A DNA stretch of 64,000 nt from an uncultured virus (IMG/VR IMGVR_UViG_3300042908_000623). Taxonomy: Duplodnaviria > Heunggongvirae > Uroviricota > Caudoviricetes. Of the stretch, positions 43,762 through 53,178 are shown piece after piece (position 1 is the first letter of the stretch; each line of letters begins with the position of its first letter). The DNA lies in the IMG/VR virus record IMGVR_UViG_3300042908_000623. One strand, 5' to 3'. A program made the translations under genes and the position numbers. A model generated the notes under the pieces. The model did not search any database. It was given only the letters and a program-made list of their open reading frames with translations, and was not told where the DNA came from.

Positions 43762-44942
43762 TCCTCCGGTTTGCCTTTTTCCGTCCAGTCTGACAGGTAC
43801 TGGTGTTTGATTTGCCAGTCACTCGTGGGCCACGTGGAGACCACCTGAATATGGCCTATTTTGATGTGGTTGGCCTGATAGATCTTATGGCCAGCGGCTT
43901 TGAATTTCTTCCAGAAATAGATGTCGGCATCGACCTTGCAATCCGGCCCTTCGTCCGTCCAATCACCCTCGCTGTTTGGCTGACTCCACAGCCACGGCTT
44001 GGGCACGTCACGCAATGCCGCCAGCTTGATAAGCGTCATCCCAAAATGACCTGTTTCAATAGGAGTCAGATCCTGCTCGAACTCGTCAATGTCCACCTGT
44101 CGCCGGATGTTGCCATGCGCGTCTTTCATTGAGAACAAAAACTGCTCACCGTTGCGCCGCACTTGTACCGGGACGATCGCGTCAGCCTCCGGATACTGCG
44201 CCGCCAGCGTCAAAAGCTCCTTCACATCATCCGCATCGAAAAGCGTGTCGTAGTCGAGAGCGATAACCCAGTCTGTACCGTTCTCCACAAGCACCGACAA
44301 TCCGCGCTGGATGCCCTGCTCCCAGAACGCGCCCCCAAATTTGAAGAGCGGGATGTTGAATTCTGGCGTTCTGAGAGCCTGCCAGGCACTGCCCCAATGA
44401 TCGTTCCATCCCAATCGCGGGACAGACATCAGGGCCGCGACACGTGCGTTGACCTCCACCCGTGTAGATGGCGCGAGGTTGCCCGTCAGTGGCTTTTTGC
44501 CTTGCAGGTTGAGGCTTACTGGCAGTGAGGCGCAGTCTTCAATCTCAGACTGCCAGCGCGCAATGTCGGTCAGTCCGAAATACCGCATCAGATCGCGCAG
44601 CTTGCGTTCCGTGTAAAGCGATTTGTGAAAGTCGTTGTCGTCCGACTGACCGCCCATCAGATATGACTCGATGGGGATCTCGTCGGATCTGTGCTGAACA
44701 ATGTAGTCAAAATCAGGTACGGCAATTTTTAACACGCCACCAGGTTGCAGCACTCGTACCCATTCCGCGATTACGTCTACGGCCTCGCGATGGCCGAAAT
44801 GTTCGAGGATGTGCGACGCACGAACCTCCTCAACAGAGTCGTCCGCAAAGTCAGGAAGGGGGAAAGCCTCCTGACCATTCAGACGGTCGATGTTGGTGAA
44901 CCCAGCGATTTTTTGTAAGCCTCCGCCAAGATTCAGTTTCAC
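43752..44942 (-). CDS. SAM methyltransferase-like plus GT-A glycosyltransferase-like fusion
   Basis: KLNLGGG, ASHILEH, RVLQPGG.L.IAVPD; then LDYD (DxD), HFGMTLI, DIYF. Confidence 0.75.
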   Translation of the reverse strand: MKLNLGGGLQKIAGFTNIDRLNGQEAFPLPDFADDSVEEVRASHILEHFGHREAVDVIAEWVRVLQPGGVLKIAVPDFDYIVQHRSDEIPIESYLMGGQSDDNDFHKSLYTERKLRDLMRYFGLTDIARWQSEIEDCASLPVSLNLQGKKPLTGNLAPSTRVEVNARVAALMSVPRLGWNDHWGSAWQALRTPEFNIPLFKFGGAFWEQGIQRGLSVLVENGTDWVIALDYDTLFDADDVKELLTLAAQYPEADAIVPVQVRRNGEQFLFSMKDAHGNIRRQVDIDEFEQDLTPIETGHFGMTLIKLAALRDVPKPWLWSQPNSEGDWTDEGPDCKVDADIYFWKKFKAAGHKIYQANHIKIGHIQVVSTWPTSDWQIKHQYLSDWTEKGKPEECK

Positions 44943-44943
44943 G

Positions 44944-45384
44944 TTAGATCTCCTTGACCACGTTGCTTCCGTAACCCGACGTGGACGCTGGATCACTTCC
45001 TGACCGATCAGCGTAGGCAATCGCGCTGACCGGGATGTTGGAGTTCGTGCTGCCTGATGTAGGCGTCACGGCCAAACGCAGATACCGCTTGCGATTGCCG
45101 TTGCTTCGATTAACAAAAAACCGCACCGACTCCGACGCGCCGACCGCAGCCGCGCCCGTTGAAAGCGCGGTGATCTCCGAAAAGTTGGTCACGACCGTGT
45201 CATCGGACTCAAAGATCTTGATTGAGCTTGGAGCCGTACCCGCACCCGCGAGCGCGCCCAGGGAGACGACGATCTCCACATCCCCGTGGCCCTTGCAGTC
45301 AAAATTGGCCGTCGCGGTCGCACCCTGCGTTATGGTCGCCGGTGCTATCAGGACGGTTGATGTCAGGTTCTTTTGATTTTTCAT
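44944..45384 (-). CDS. Head decoration/cement-like protein
   Basis: Directly after the capsid gene; ESDD..F, KRYLRL motifs. Confidence 0.65.
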   Translation of the reverse strand: MKNQKNLTSTVLIAPATITQGATATANFDCKGHGDVEIVVSLGALAGAGTAPSSIKIFESDDTVVTNFSEITALSTGAAAVGASESVRFFVNRSNGNRKRYLRLAVTPTSGSTNSNIPVSAIAYADRSGSDPASTSGYGSNVVKEI

Positions 45385-45399
45385 ATTGGATCACCTCCC

Positions 45400-46743
45400 T
45401 TAACTGGCTGCAGTAATAAGTCCGACGATCGGCCCAGCGGCAGTCGTGTTACCCACGTCGTGGACGTTGATGTCAAGTCTCTGAGTGCCACGGATCGCGA
45501 GCTGATCCTCGGCAAACTTGTACTCAGACGACAGGGCCAGTGACAGCGTCCGGCGATCGCCGAATGTCGTGCCCTGACGGTAGTTGCCGAGCAGCGCGCA
45601 GATCTGGCTGTTGGCTTCAGTGGTTGGCATCACCTGCGACAAAACAATTGGGTAACCGAGGAACCGTGGGACACCGCCATTTGCGAGATCGACAAGCGTA
45701 TTGCCGCCCGCCGCAGTCTGCAACTTATGGGCAACCGTGTCAAAGAACGTCGCGCTCATAATCCACTGCGCACCGCCACGGGCGAACAGTGGGAGACGAC
45801 CGAGGACGCCGTGAAAATCGCTCAAGATGATCTCTGAGTAGGCGTTACCGCTGGCGACCTGAAGCCCCTTGATGTTTGCGATAGTGCCGTCAACATCGCG
45901 CAACTTCTGCCGGATGCCGGTAATGCCGCCATAGGTTGAAGTTCCGTCACCGTTGAAGTAGCACTCATCCTCTTTGTTTGAGAAGGCGTAGGCGATCTCA
46001 CCGGCCAGATCGTCACCGATGCTGATCATCGCGTCCTCGTTGAGTTCAGACGACCAGAGAGTCAGCGCGGCCATCTTCTTAGCGACCAGGTTGACGCGAT
46101 CCCAGTTCTTATTGGAGTCGGTAATGGTTGACGCCTCGCCGACGAAATAGGCAGTCAGCCCACCCACACGGCGCGGAATTGACAGCGTGTCACTGGACAT
46201 CGGGACGACGCGCGAAACCTGACGCGCAACACCGTACTGCTCGCGAAGATCAATGATGTCAGTGGCGAACTCCGGCGGTACAAGATAGCCACCGAGATAG
46301 TTCGTGGACTCGTTGAGGGCCTTCGTCTGAATGCCGTTGGTGTCACACCACTGCTTACTGGCAACGTCGCCGACAACCGCGCCCTTGAACCACTTCCCGA
46401 AGCGGTAGGCGCGCTCTTCAGCAGCTTTGCCAGCCACCGTGCCTTTGAAGTTCTTCACCTTCGCAACCCTCGAGAACTCGATGGATGGCGCAGGGATCGT
46501 GTTATTGCTCTTCGTCTCCGTCGCGCTGTTGTGGTTGTAGGTGATCACCGCCGACTTCATTGCCTCGATCTCGGCCAACTGCTTTACCTCACCGTCAATC
46601 GCGGCGATCTGCTCATTACGCGACTTGATGCCCTCGAGCTGGTCAGCCGGGATTCCGGAAACGTCCGGATACTGTGCAAACACGCCCTTCTGCTCGTTCC
46701 TGAGCGTGTCAGCTTTCAGAATAAGTTCCTGTAGCTTTGTCAT
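45400..46743 (-). CDS. Major capsid protein (HK97 fold)
   Basis: N-terminal coiled coil, GGYLVP, S.EL..D, GDG, LGYPIV, R.D. Confidence 0.93.
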   Translation of the reverse strand: MTKLQELILKADTLRNEQKGVFAQYPDVSGIPADQLEGIKSRNEQIAAIDGEVKQLAEIEAMKSAVITYNHNSATETKSNNTIPAPSIEFSRVAKVKNFKGTVAGKAAEERAYRFGKWFKGAVVGDVASKQWCDTNGIQTKALNESTNYLGGYLVPPEFATDIIDLREQYGVARQVSRVVPMSSDTLSIPRRVGGLTAYFVGEASTITDSNKNWDRVNLVAKKMAALTLWSSELNEDAMISIGDDLAGEIAYAFSNKEDECYFNGDGTSTYGGITGIRQKLRDVDGTIANIKGLQVASGNAYSEIILSDFHGVLGRLPLFARGGAQWIMSATFFDTVAHKLQTAAGGNTLVDLANGGVPRFLGYPIVLSQVMPTTEANSQICALLGNYRQGTTFGDRRTLSLALSSEYKFAEDQLAIRGTQRLDINVHDVGNTTAAGPIVGLITAAS

Positions 46744-46755
46744 ATTTTCCTCTCG

Positions 46756-47622
46756 TTATGCCGCCCCAAGTGCGGCTGCCTGAAGTTTGAGAAATTCTGC
46801 GTGTAGACGCTTGGCGGTGTCATCCATTGGCGCGGATGAGTCCACCATCTCCTCGGCCATTTTGCGCAGCCTGCCACAAGCCTTTTCCAGGTCATCGGCC
46901 ATTGCTGCGCACATCTCACCGTGGGATGGGTTCGCCTTGCGTCCTTGTGATTTGCGGATCGCTGTTATCTCTTTGATCCGTTGCTCGAGTCCCTCAACCG
47001 CAGTCAGCACGGCCCGGGAATGATCCGCGAATGCAAGGCCAGTAAGCGACTTTGCGTCAAGGATCGTTGCGTTATCGTTTGCCGGTACAGTGACCGGCGA
47101 ATACTCGTACAGTTTAAGTTTCTTCAACAAATAAACCTTGTCACGGCCCATCTCATCGAAGGCGGCCATTGCGGCCATCTGACGCTCGAGGGGCACACCG
47201 TATGCACCCATTGCGGCCACCATTCCGGGCTTGTCCGCTACCTCATACTCTTGAACCTGGTATCCGATTGACAAGCGTTTAACCACGCCATCGCGGATGA
47301 GTGTCATTGCCTCGAGGCCCTTCGGGGTGCGTGATATGCGCGAGCGAGTCATCAGCCCGTAGCCATCCTCTTTGGCCTCAAGCGGTACACCGATCGGTGT
47401 CATCCAGTCGTGTTGCCAGCAGACCACACCGTCACCCAGGAATCGCGGCAAGTCTTCAGTGAACGCACCCGGGAGGATCATATCGCCGGATTTATCCACG
47501 TTGAGCAGGCCGGCAGCGTAACCGGTAAACTCGCCAGCGTACTGGCCAGACTCGTCCATTGCCGCCGCCTTGATCTCATAGGGCAGGGACTTATGTTGAA
47601 TACCATCAAACCGATTTTCCAT
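46756..47622 (-). CDS. HK97-family prohead protease
   Basis: FTGYA, D..GD.ILPGAF, WQHD, LSIGY, EYSPVTVPAN. Confidence 0.92.
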   Translation of the reverse strand: MENRFDGIQHKSLPYEIKAAAMDESGQYAGEFTGYAAGLLNVDKSGDMILPGAFTEDLPRFLGDGVVCWQHDWMTPIGVPLEAKEDGYGLMTRSRISRTPKGLEAMTLIRDGVVKRLSIGYQVQEYEVADKPGMVAAMGAYGVPLERQMAAMAAFDEMGRDKVYLLKKLKLYEYSPVTVPANDNATILDAKSLTGLAFADHSRAVLTAVEGLEQRIKEITAIRKSQGRKANPSHGEMCAAMADDLEKACGRLRKMAEEMVDSSAPMDDTAKRLHAEFLKLQAAALGAA

Positions 47623-50086
47623 TGTCTCCCTCATCGATGCTGTCCATTCGTCGCGTTTTGGCCTTGGCCCACGTATACCCGGCATCTCCGCCCCACAATG
47701 CCCATGCAATACGCCCGGCTGATGGGTAGCCATCCTCGCCGGGGCTGAATCCCTGCCCCTGTTTATCGACTTCGTGACGGGAAAAGAAGCTGTACATCCT
47801 GCGCACGGTTCGCGGGGAAAGCTCCTTACCGTTAATGATGTCACGCGCACGGGCTACGCCCACCGCAGTTCCGCCGCGATTGTATTCTTTGCGCCAGTCT
47901 AACCCGCGCTGCGCCTCGCTCTTCATCCCGCTGGTTGGCTTTAGGTCGATATCAGTGCCGCGATACATGGCTTTCTGCTCAGTGGCTACTACTGGTATGT
48001 GTACACATCGACATTGCGCCCGTCCGTCACACTGCGGATTCGGAACCGCTGGTATCTGACCAAGCTGGCCACCCAGTCCGTCAGATTCGCCGCACGGCAT
48101 ACAGGTTGCGTTATCGAGTACGGCCGAATAGACCAGGTATTCGATAGCATCCGACGACTCTGTTATCTGTGCCTCTCGGCCCTGAGCCAGTGCGACGTTG
48201 GTTCCCTCTGATGCGGCCCTGCCAACATATGCCGTCGATCCGTCGCGGAATGCCTGCTGTACGGTCTCTTTCACCGGCTGATTGAGCATCGAGGCGGATG
48301 ATGCCGCGCCAATGCCGCGCGCTTGTACGTCGTTTGCAACCTTGCCCACAAGCGTGGATGCGATCATCTGGATAAGCTCACGCTTGATAACCTGCGCCGC
48401 CGTCATGGTGACGTTGATATCCGGCCCTCGCTGGAGGGCAATTTCACTGGCGATCAGCTTCGCCCCGGCGATAAATATCCCTGCCAGTATTGCGCCGATG
48501 ATCAGCTTGTCCTGCTCGAGGGGGCGCACAGTTGCTGCGTAGTATTCGGCCAGATCCATGTCGTCCAGCTCCTCAGCGATCTGATCAGCGTACCGCTTGC
48601 GAAGCTGTAACAGGTTCGACTCGAGGCCGATTTTGCCTTTCTGATACTCTTCATCGAGGGCCTTGATGCAGCGCATCTCAAGCTCCGTCGGCTGTCGTCT
48701 GAGCGTCAGCCCCTGCCAGTCATATGCTTTTATTTGGACGTTGCGGAGGTCGGAGGACGAATTCCCCTCCACAACGTCCGCAGCCTGCGTGGGCACGATT
48801 GCAGCAGGCTGATCCGTTGGCGTCGTCGCCGTATCTGTTGCGCTTGCCATCGCGTTTGCCGGCATTGTCGGTGTCGCGTTATTGGGTAGCAGGAAGTAGT
48901 CACCAGCCGGATCTGGGTCATAACCAAACTGCGCGCGAGTTTCATTAAGCGATGTGACGCCAGCCTGCCACGCTGCTATCGCGCGCTGCTCCTTCTCGCT
49001 CTGGTTCTCCTGAAGTGCGCGAATCTCTGATGTGTCAAACTCGCAATCAATCGCGGTGGTATCGCGCTCGAAGTCGATCAGCAGTTGCCGTGCAATCGTG
49101 CGCTCAAAGGTTTTCCACGTCGGGATCAGGCATTCCTCGAAGGCACTCTTCTTCAGGTTGGCAAGGTTGTTATATGTCGAGGAATCCAGCCCTGCCGACA
49201 GCCCCGCGACGATAGCAGGGATACCCAGCGCACCGGAGATGCGCGACTCGGCAAGGTTGGTGATCGACGCAAAGTCCATCTGCTTTGGATCGTAGCCAAG
49301 CGGCTTGATGTCTGCCTGAAAGTCAAGGATGAGTGGCTCACCGCGATTGTCGCCGCCGAATTTCCTTTTCCAGGTTTGCTTGATTTGCTCGGCCTTTTCC
49401 ATTGTCATGCCGATCGGTTCGGCCGGTGAGACAACGACACCAGGTATCGCCATATTGCGGCAGAGAGCAGCAACCCATAGTGACACCTCAGTGTCAGTAA
49501 AAACTTGCAGCAGAGCGGCTTTAAGCGGGGCAAGGCCATACCTAGGGTTGGCGGGATTAAGGCCATTCCTGAAATGCACCACGTTCTCAATGGGTACGCG
49601 CTCAATCGTGCCATTGATGCGCCGCTCGTAGTAGTCGACGAATGCGCTGCCATTCTCCGGCCAGTGTGGTTTTATTGACCAGTGCGGTTCATACCAGATC
49701 GACGTGGGCACGCCAAAGCCTCGAGCGTTGCGCTCCTTGATCCAGTAGGCGTTGCCGTCAAGGTGATACGACAGCAGGGTAGCAGCCCATAGCGATTGCG
49801 CGTCATATCCGGTGTTGGGCGACTCAATCAGGCTTGTCAGCGGATGCCCGTCTATCGTCTCGTCTTCGTCGTCGGCAAGCTCTTGGTAAACCTCAAACTC
49901 AGCTTGAACAAAATTGCGCTGAATCCACGCAAGCGTATTGATGACTGCGCTGTTCGAGATTGGGTCGGTGTTCTCGTATGGGAAGGTGCGCGGAGCCATG
50001 CTGAGAAACGAGCCGCCGCGATGCGTCATTGACGCAGGATAGCGGAAGGCGGTGGAGGCTGCTTTGATTCGGTCAAATATTCCCAT
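47606..50086 (-). CDS. Portal protein fused to MuF-like Cys domain and GRIAWxLWGG domain
   Basis: HPL..L...PN, GNAY, HFR...YGLAP, TY.N; AVLD..TC..C...C...CRC; C-terminal domain matches 2993-3325. Confidence 0.88.
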   Translation of the reverse strand: MGIFDRIKAASTAFRYPASMTHRGGSFLSMAPRTFPYENTDPISNSAVINTLAWIQRNFVQAEFEVYQELADDEDETIDGHPLTSLIESPNTGYDAQSLWAATLLSYHLDGNAYWIKERNARGFGVPTSIWYEPHWSIKPHWPENGSAFVDYYERRINGTIERVPIENVVHFRNGLNPANPRYGLAPLKAALLQVFTDTEVSLWVAALCRNMAIPGVVVSPAEPIGMTMEKAEQIKQTWKRKFGGDNRGEPLILDFQADIKPLGYDPKQMDFASITNLAESRISGALGIPAIVAGLSAGLDSSTYNNLANLKKSAFEECLIPTWKTFERTIARQLLIDFERDTTAIDCEFDTSEIRALQENQSEKEQRAIAAWQAGVTSLNETRAQFGYDPDPAGDYFLLPNNATPTMPANAMASATDTATTPTDQPAAIVPTQAADVVEGNSSSDLRNVQIKAYDWQGLTLRRQPTELEMRCIKALDEEYQKGKIGLESNLLQLRKRYADQIAEELDDMDLAEYYAATVRPLEQDKLIIGAILAGIFIAGAKLIASEIALQRGPDINVTMTAAQVIKRELIQMIASTLVGKVANDVQARGIGAASSASMLNQPVKETVQQAFRDGSTAYVGRAASEGTNVALAQGREAQITESSDAIEYLVYSAVLDNATCMPCGESDGLGGQLGQIPAVPNPQCDGRAQCRCVHIPVVATEQKAMYRGTDIDLKPTSGMKSEAQRGLDWRKEYNRGGTAVGVARARDIINGKELSPRTVRRMYSFFSRHEVDKQGQGFSPGEDGYPSAGRIAWALWGGDAGYTWAKAKTRRMDSIDEGDNGKSV

Positions 50087-50098
50087 ACAAGCTACTCG

Positions 50099-50257
50099 TT
50101 ACACAGAATCGGAAAATAACTTTTTTGAAACGTCGTCCTCATACTCAATCGGCCAGCTCGTCAGCTCTCGCTCCAGCTCTGCAATTCGTGCATCCTTTGC
50201 GGCAAGCTGCGCTTCCAGGTAGTCGATACGCTTCGCCATTTCTTCAATAGTTGCCAT
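50099..50257 (-). CDS. Small coiled-coil protein
   Basis: TGATG coupling to terL; paralogue of 23096-23293. Confidence 0.65.
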   Translation of the reverse strand: MATIEEMAKRIDYLEAQLAAKDARIAELERELTSWPIEYEDDVSKKLFSDSV

Positions 50258-51468
50258 CAGTATGCCGTCCCCATGTTGCCACGTTGCAAACACTCCCACG
50301 CCAGCGCACGCGCGATTACCGTGTCGTCGTGGCCACCCTCCGGGGCAGAGTAGCTCACACGGCCAGTCGTGCTATTTACGCGCGATTCGTACGATAACAG
50401 CTCGACGCGCCCCACTGGGTCAGGCAGGAAATGACACTCTTCCCGCTCGAGGCACAAGGCCAGTGATTGGATGAGCGGCGGCTTGCTGCTGCCCGTCGTC
50501 TCAAAGCCCCTGACGCTCATCCCCTCACGCTGCAAAGCCTCGAGGTTCGGCGAGCCGATACTGTTGCTCTCAACGATTGTTGATGCCACGATCCAGCGGT
50601 CAGCGATGGCCCGAAGACGCGCCCTCTGGAATGCCCACTCAATCTTGTTAAACCTGTCCAGCTCGACTTCCTGCCGGCACGTACCGCAGATCACGCTGAT
50701 CACCGTGAAGTCATTCTTTTGCCCCCAATCGACACCGGCAAATAGCTGATGGCCTGCATGGTGGCCAGTGTCAGCGCGAAGGCAAGCATCAATGTTGCGA
50801 AACACCGCGCCGGAGTTCTGCAGAAACTCGGCCAGATACTCCTGCCGGAAGATCTGCTCTGGTAGCTCCTGCCGTGCTGCTTCGATCTCTGATGGTTTGA
50901 TATGGGGATTGTCGAGAGTCGGACTGTGCCACGCTGCCCAGTCTGGTTGTGTGCCGTCTACGCCTCGAGAATAGCACTCGTGAAAAAAGTTGATCCCCTT
51001 CGGAGTGCTTAAAAAGAATGCGTCGCCCTCGTAGTCAGTCAGTGTCGGCCGAATCGCAGCTTGCCATGCATCGCCCAGGTTCGGCACCATCGCGGCCTCG
51101 TCCACAATCACGCGCGCATATTTTCGACCACGCACAGAGTCAGCCGCATCGAGAGACCAGCAATCAATGACACCGCCGGTGATCAGCTCGATGCGATGCT
51201 CCTGCTTGGCAACGCGCGTCTGCAGCTGCTTTGTCGTCTCAATGATCTCTTTCCAGACTTCACCAAGCATTTTGTACGTCGGCGAGAACCAACCGACTGG
51301 ATAGCCATCAAGGGCTTTATCGATGATTAAATCGATGCCCAGCGTCGTCTTGCCAAACCTGCGCCCACACGCCAGCACGTTGAAGCGTCGCGCTTCGTCG
51401 ATAATCCGTTGCTGTGCCGGATGCAGAGAGGGCAGCACCAACTCGATTGTCTTACTTGCGGTCTGCAC
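50257..51468 (-). CDS. terL: Terminase large subunit
   Basis: CGRRFGKT, IVDEA, STPKG, QEY.AEF, GVDWG, HDD. Confidence 0.93.
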   Translation of the reverse strand: MQTASKTIELVLPSLHPAQQRIIDEARRFNVLACGRRFGKTTLGIDLIIDKALDGYPVGWFSPTYKMLGEVWKEIIETTKQLQTRVAKQEHRIELITGGVIDCWSLDAADSVRGRKYARVIVDEAAMVPNLGDAWQAAIRPTLTDYEGDAFFLSTPKGINFFHECYSRGVDGTQPDWAAWHSPTLDNPHIKPSEIEAARQELPEQIFRQEYLAEFLQNSGAVFRNIDACLRADTGHHAGHQLFAGVDWGQKNDFTVISVICGTCRQEVELDRFNKIEWAFQRARLRAIADRWIVASTIVESNSIGSPNLEALQREGMSVRGFETTGSSKPPLIQSLALCLEREECHFLPDPVGRVELLSYESRVNSTTGRVSYSAPEGGHDDTVIARALAWECLQRGNMGTAY

Positions 51469-51850
51469 GTCTGATGATCACCTCGACGGTTCCGGAGTGG
51501 CTCTGGTCGGCGCGTTCGATGTATCCGCGCTCCTGACCAATCGTCTTCAGGGTGAAGCATACCGCCCAGCCTTGCTTCTCACGCACAGCCGACAGGAGCG
51601 CGTTCTCGGCCTCGTCCAGCATTGTTTGCCGGGAGTCGTCGAGGATTTGCTTCAATTCGGGATTTGCGTTGACGTGCGCGTGAATGACGTTGCGTGAGAT
51701 ACCAAGCGATCGAGCAGCGTGTGAGATGTTGCCGTTTGACTCTTCGAGAGCTTGCTTCAGCTTCTCATCGTTTACACGTGGTGTTGATGGCCGCATCGGG
51801 GATTGACGCTTGGCCTTCGATTTCGTTGTAGCCTTCTTCTTTGTTGTCAT
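51452..51850 (-). CDS. Terminase small subunit (HTH)
   Basis: GNISHAARSLGISR HTH, F.LKT....RGY.ER; overlaps terL. Confidence 0.75.
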   Translation of the reverse strand: MTTKKKATTKSKAKRQSPMRPSTPRVNDEKLKQALEESNGNISHAARSLGISRNVIHAHVNANPELKQILDDSRQTMLDEAENALLSAVREKQGWAVCFTLKTIGQERGYIERADQSHSGTVEVIIRRADRK

Positions 51851-51855
51851 ACTTG

Positions 51856-52077
51856 TTATTTATCGATGATCTTGTCGATCTTGTCCTCGATGCGGTCAAG
51901 CCTTGCCTGTATGCCGCTCAACTCTTTGTCAAAAGCGCGAGTCGTGACAAGGTGACGCATCTCTTGCCGGATCTCGTCAACCTCTTTCCGCGATGGAGTG
52001 AAGAACGACTTGAGCAGCCACCCACCCATCAGCGCAATGATGCTTGATACTGTTACATCTACGTACTCTTTCTCCAT
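51856..52077 (-). CDS. Single-TM coiled-coil protein
   Basis: TM followed by RLDRIEDKIDK. Confidence 0.6.
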   Translation of the reverse strand: MEKEYVDVTVSSIIALMGGWLLKSFFTPSRKEVDEIRQEMRHLVTTRAFDKELSGIQARLDRIEDKIDKIIDK

Positions 52078-52197
52078 CGGTGTCACTTTCTCGGGGATCA
52101 TTTTTGGCCTTTGTTGGTGGGGTGTCTGGTCTCGCATCTCCCCGGCGCGAGGCTCTACGCCTGCGAGTAGACACCCCGTATGCCGGGGATATCGCGG

Positions 52198-52377
52198 TTA
52201 CTGTTTCAGCCTGGCTATTAGGTCGTTGAGATTTGCGTCATTGATGGCCGTCTGCTGTTCGGCCTCATCGAGCAGCTCGACGCACGAAAGGCCACGACGC
52301 GCGCCCTCTCTGAGCAACTCTTTGATCGCCAGCAGGATAAATTCGTTGATGATTGACGGCAGTGAAATGAAGTTCAT
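52198..52377 (-). CDS. Small lysis-cassette protein
   Basis: Manual translation (59 aa); paralogue of 1199-1402. Confidence 0.65.
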   Translation of the reverse strand: MNFISLPSIINEFILLAIKELLREGARRGLSCVELLDEAEQQTAINDANLNDLIARLKQ

Positions 52378-52847
52378 TTGCCCCCCTGCGTGTTGTTTTT
52401 GCTGTTCACGAACGAAGCAAGCAACTTAAACGTGTCTGACAAGTCGGTGACAAACACAACCCACTTCTGTCGCTCAGTGTCGGGCAGAGCAGCGACGCGC
52501 GGATCGGTGAGTAGTCCAGTGGTCAGCGTGGTTGCCGTGCCAATCAGCGCGACATATTTTGACTTGGCATCTTCCGGCAGGGCAAGCGACCCATCCGGCT
52601 GGATGTACTGCTTTGATTCAACGATGAGCTGCTGATTGATTGCGTTCAGCTTGAGCAGCGTTTCGGCGATGGCCAAGCCACTCTCTTTGCTTATCCGGCC
52701 TGCCGCAGTCTGACGATCGATTATCTGTGTGCCGGTGTCGATGTATCCGGCAATTCTGGATGTCGTCTTCGCCAGCTCTTTGCCCTTGTCGCATCCCGCG
52801 CCGGCCAAGCACAGCCCCAAGATGGCAGTTAGGAGGAGTGTTCGCAT
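52374..52847 (-). CDS. Lipoprotein (lysis cassette)
   Basis: Signal peptide with lipobox LAGAGC. Confidence 0.75.
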   Translation of the reverse strand: MRTLLLTAILGLCLAGAGCDKGKELAKTTSRIAGYIDTGTQIIDRQTAAGRISKESGLAIAETLLKLNAINQQLIVESKQYIQPDGSLALPEDAKSKYVALIGTATTLTTGLLTDPRVAALPDTERQKWVVFVTDLSDTFKLLASFVNSKNNTQGGK

Positions 52848-53053
52848 TACTTCACCTCCGGTATGGGCGACTGCTTCAGGTATGCCGCGGCAGCAAGGAT
52901 CGCGCCGACGGTTGCCACTTGAGCCACTTTGCCAATCCCCTCCGCCAAATTGAAATTAATCGGATCGACCACGATTACCGTGATCGCATTTGCCGCCCCG
53001 CCGACGATGGCAGCGATTAAACCCTTAACCCAAACTGATATACCGTTGTCCAT
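52847..53053 (-). CDS. Holin-like 2-TM protein
   Basis: Two TM helices, YLKQSP C-terminus; first gene of the late cassette. Confidence 0.6.
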   Translation of the reverse strand: MDNGISVWVKGLIAAIVGGAANAITVIVVDPINFNLAEGIGKVAQVATVGAILAAAAYLKQSPIPEVK

Positions 53054-53071
53054 TTCCAGTGTCTCCATTGC

Positions 53072-53102
53072 CAAAAAAAAAGACGACCCACAAGAGGTCG
53101 TC
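53072..53102 (-). terminator. Intrinsic terminator ahead of the late operon
   Basis: GACGACC/GGTCGTC stem plus T9 on the minus strand. Confidence 0.75.
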
Positions 53103-53178
53103 AAGTTGGAGTATCATCAAAGCACGACCGCTTAGTCGTACAATAGCTACACTATCAGCCGAATAACTTTTTTGCAAT

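Noticed and set aside
52167..52196. Solitary type I-E-like repeat (ACCCCGTATGCCGGGGATATCGCG) as an RNA anti-CRISPR
   Set aside because: Only a 5-bp stem, antisense to the operon, and both arms pair better in the larger structure reported above; not fully excluded.
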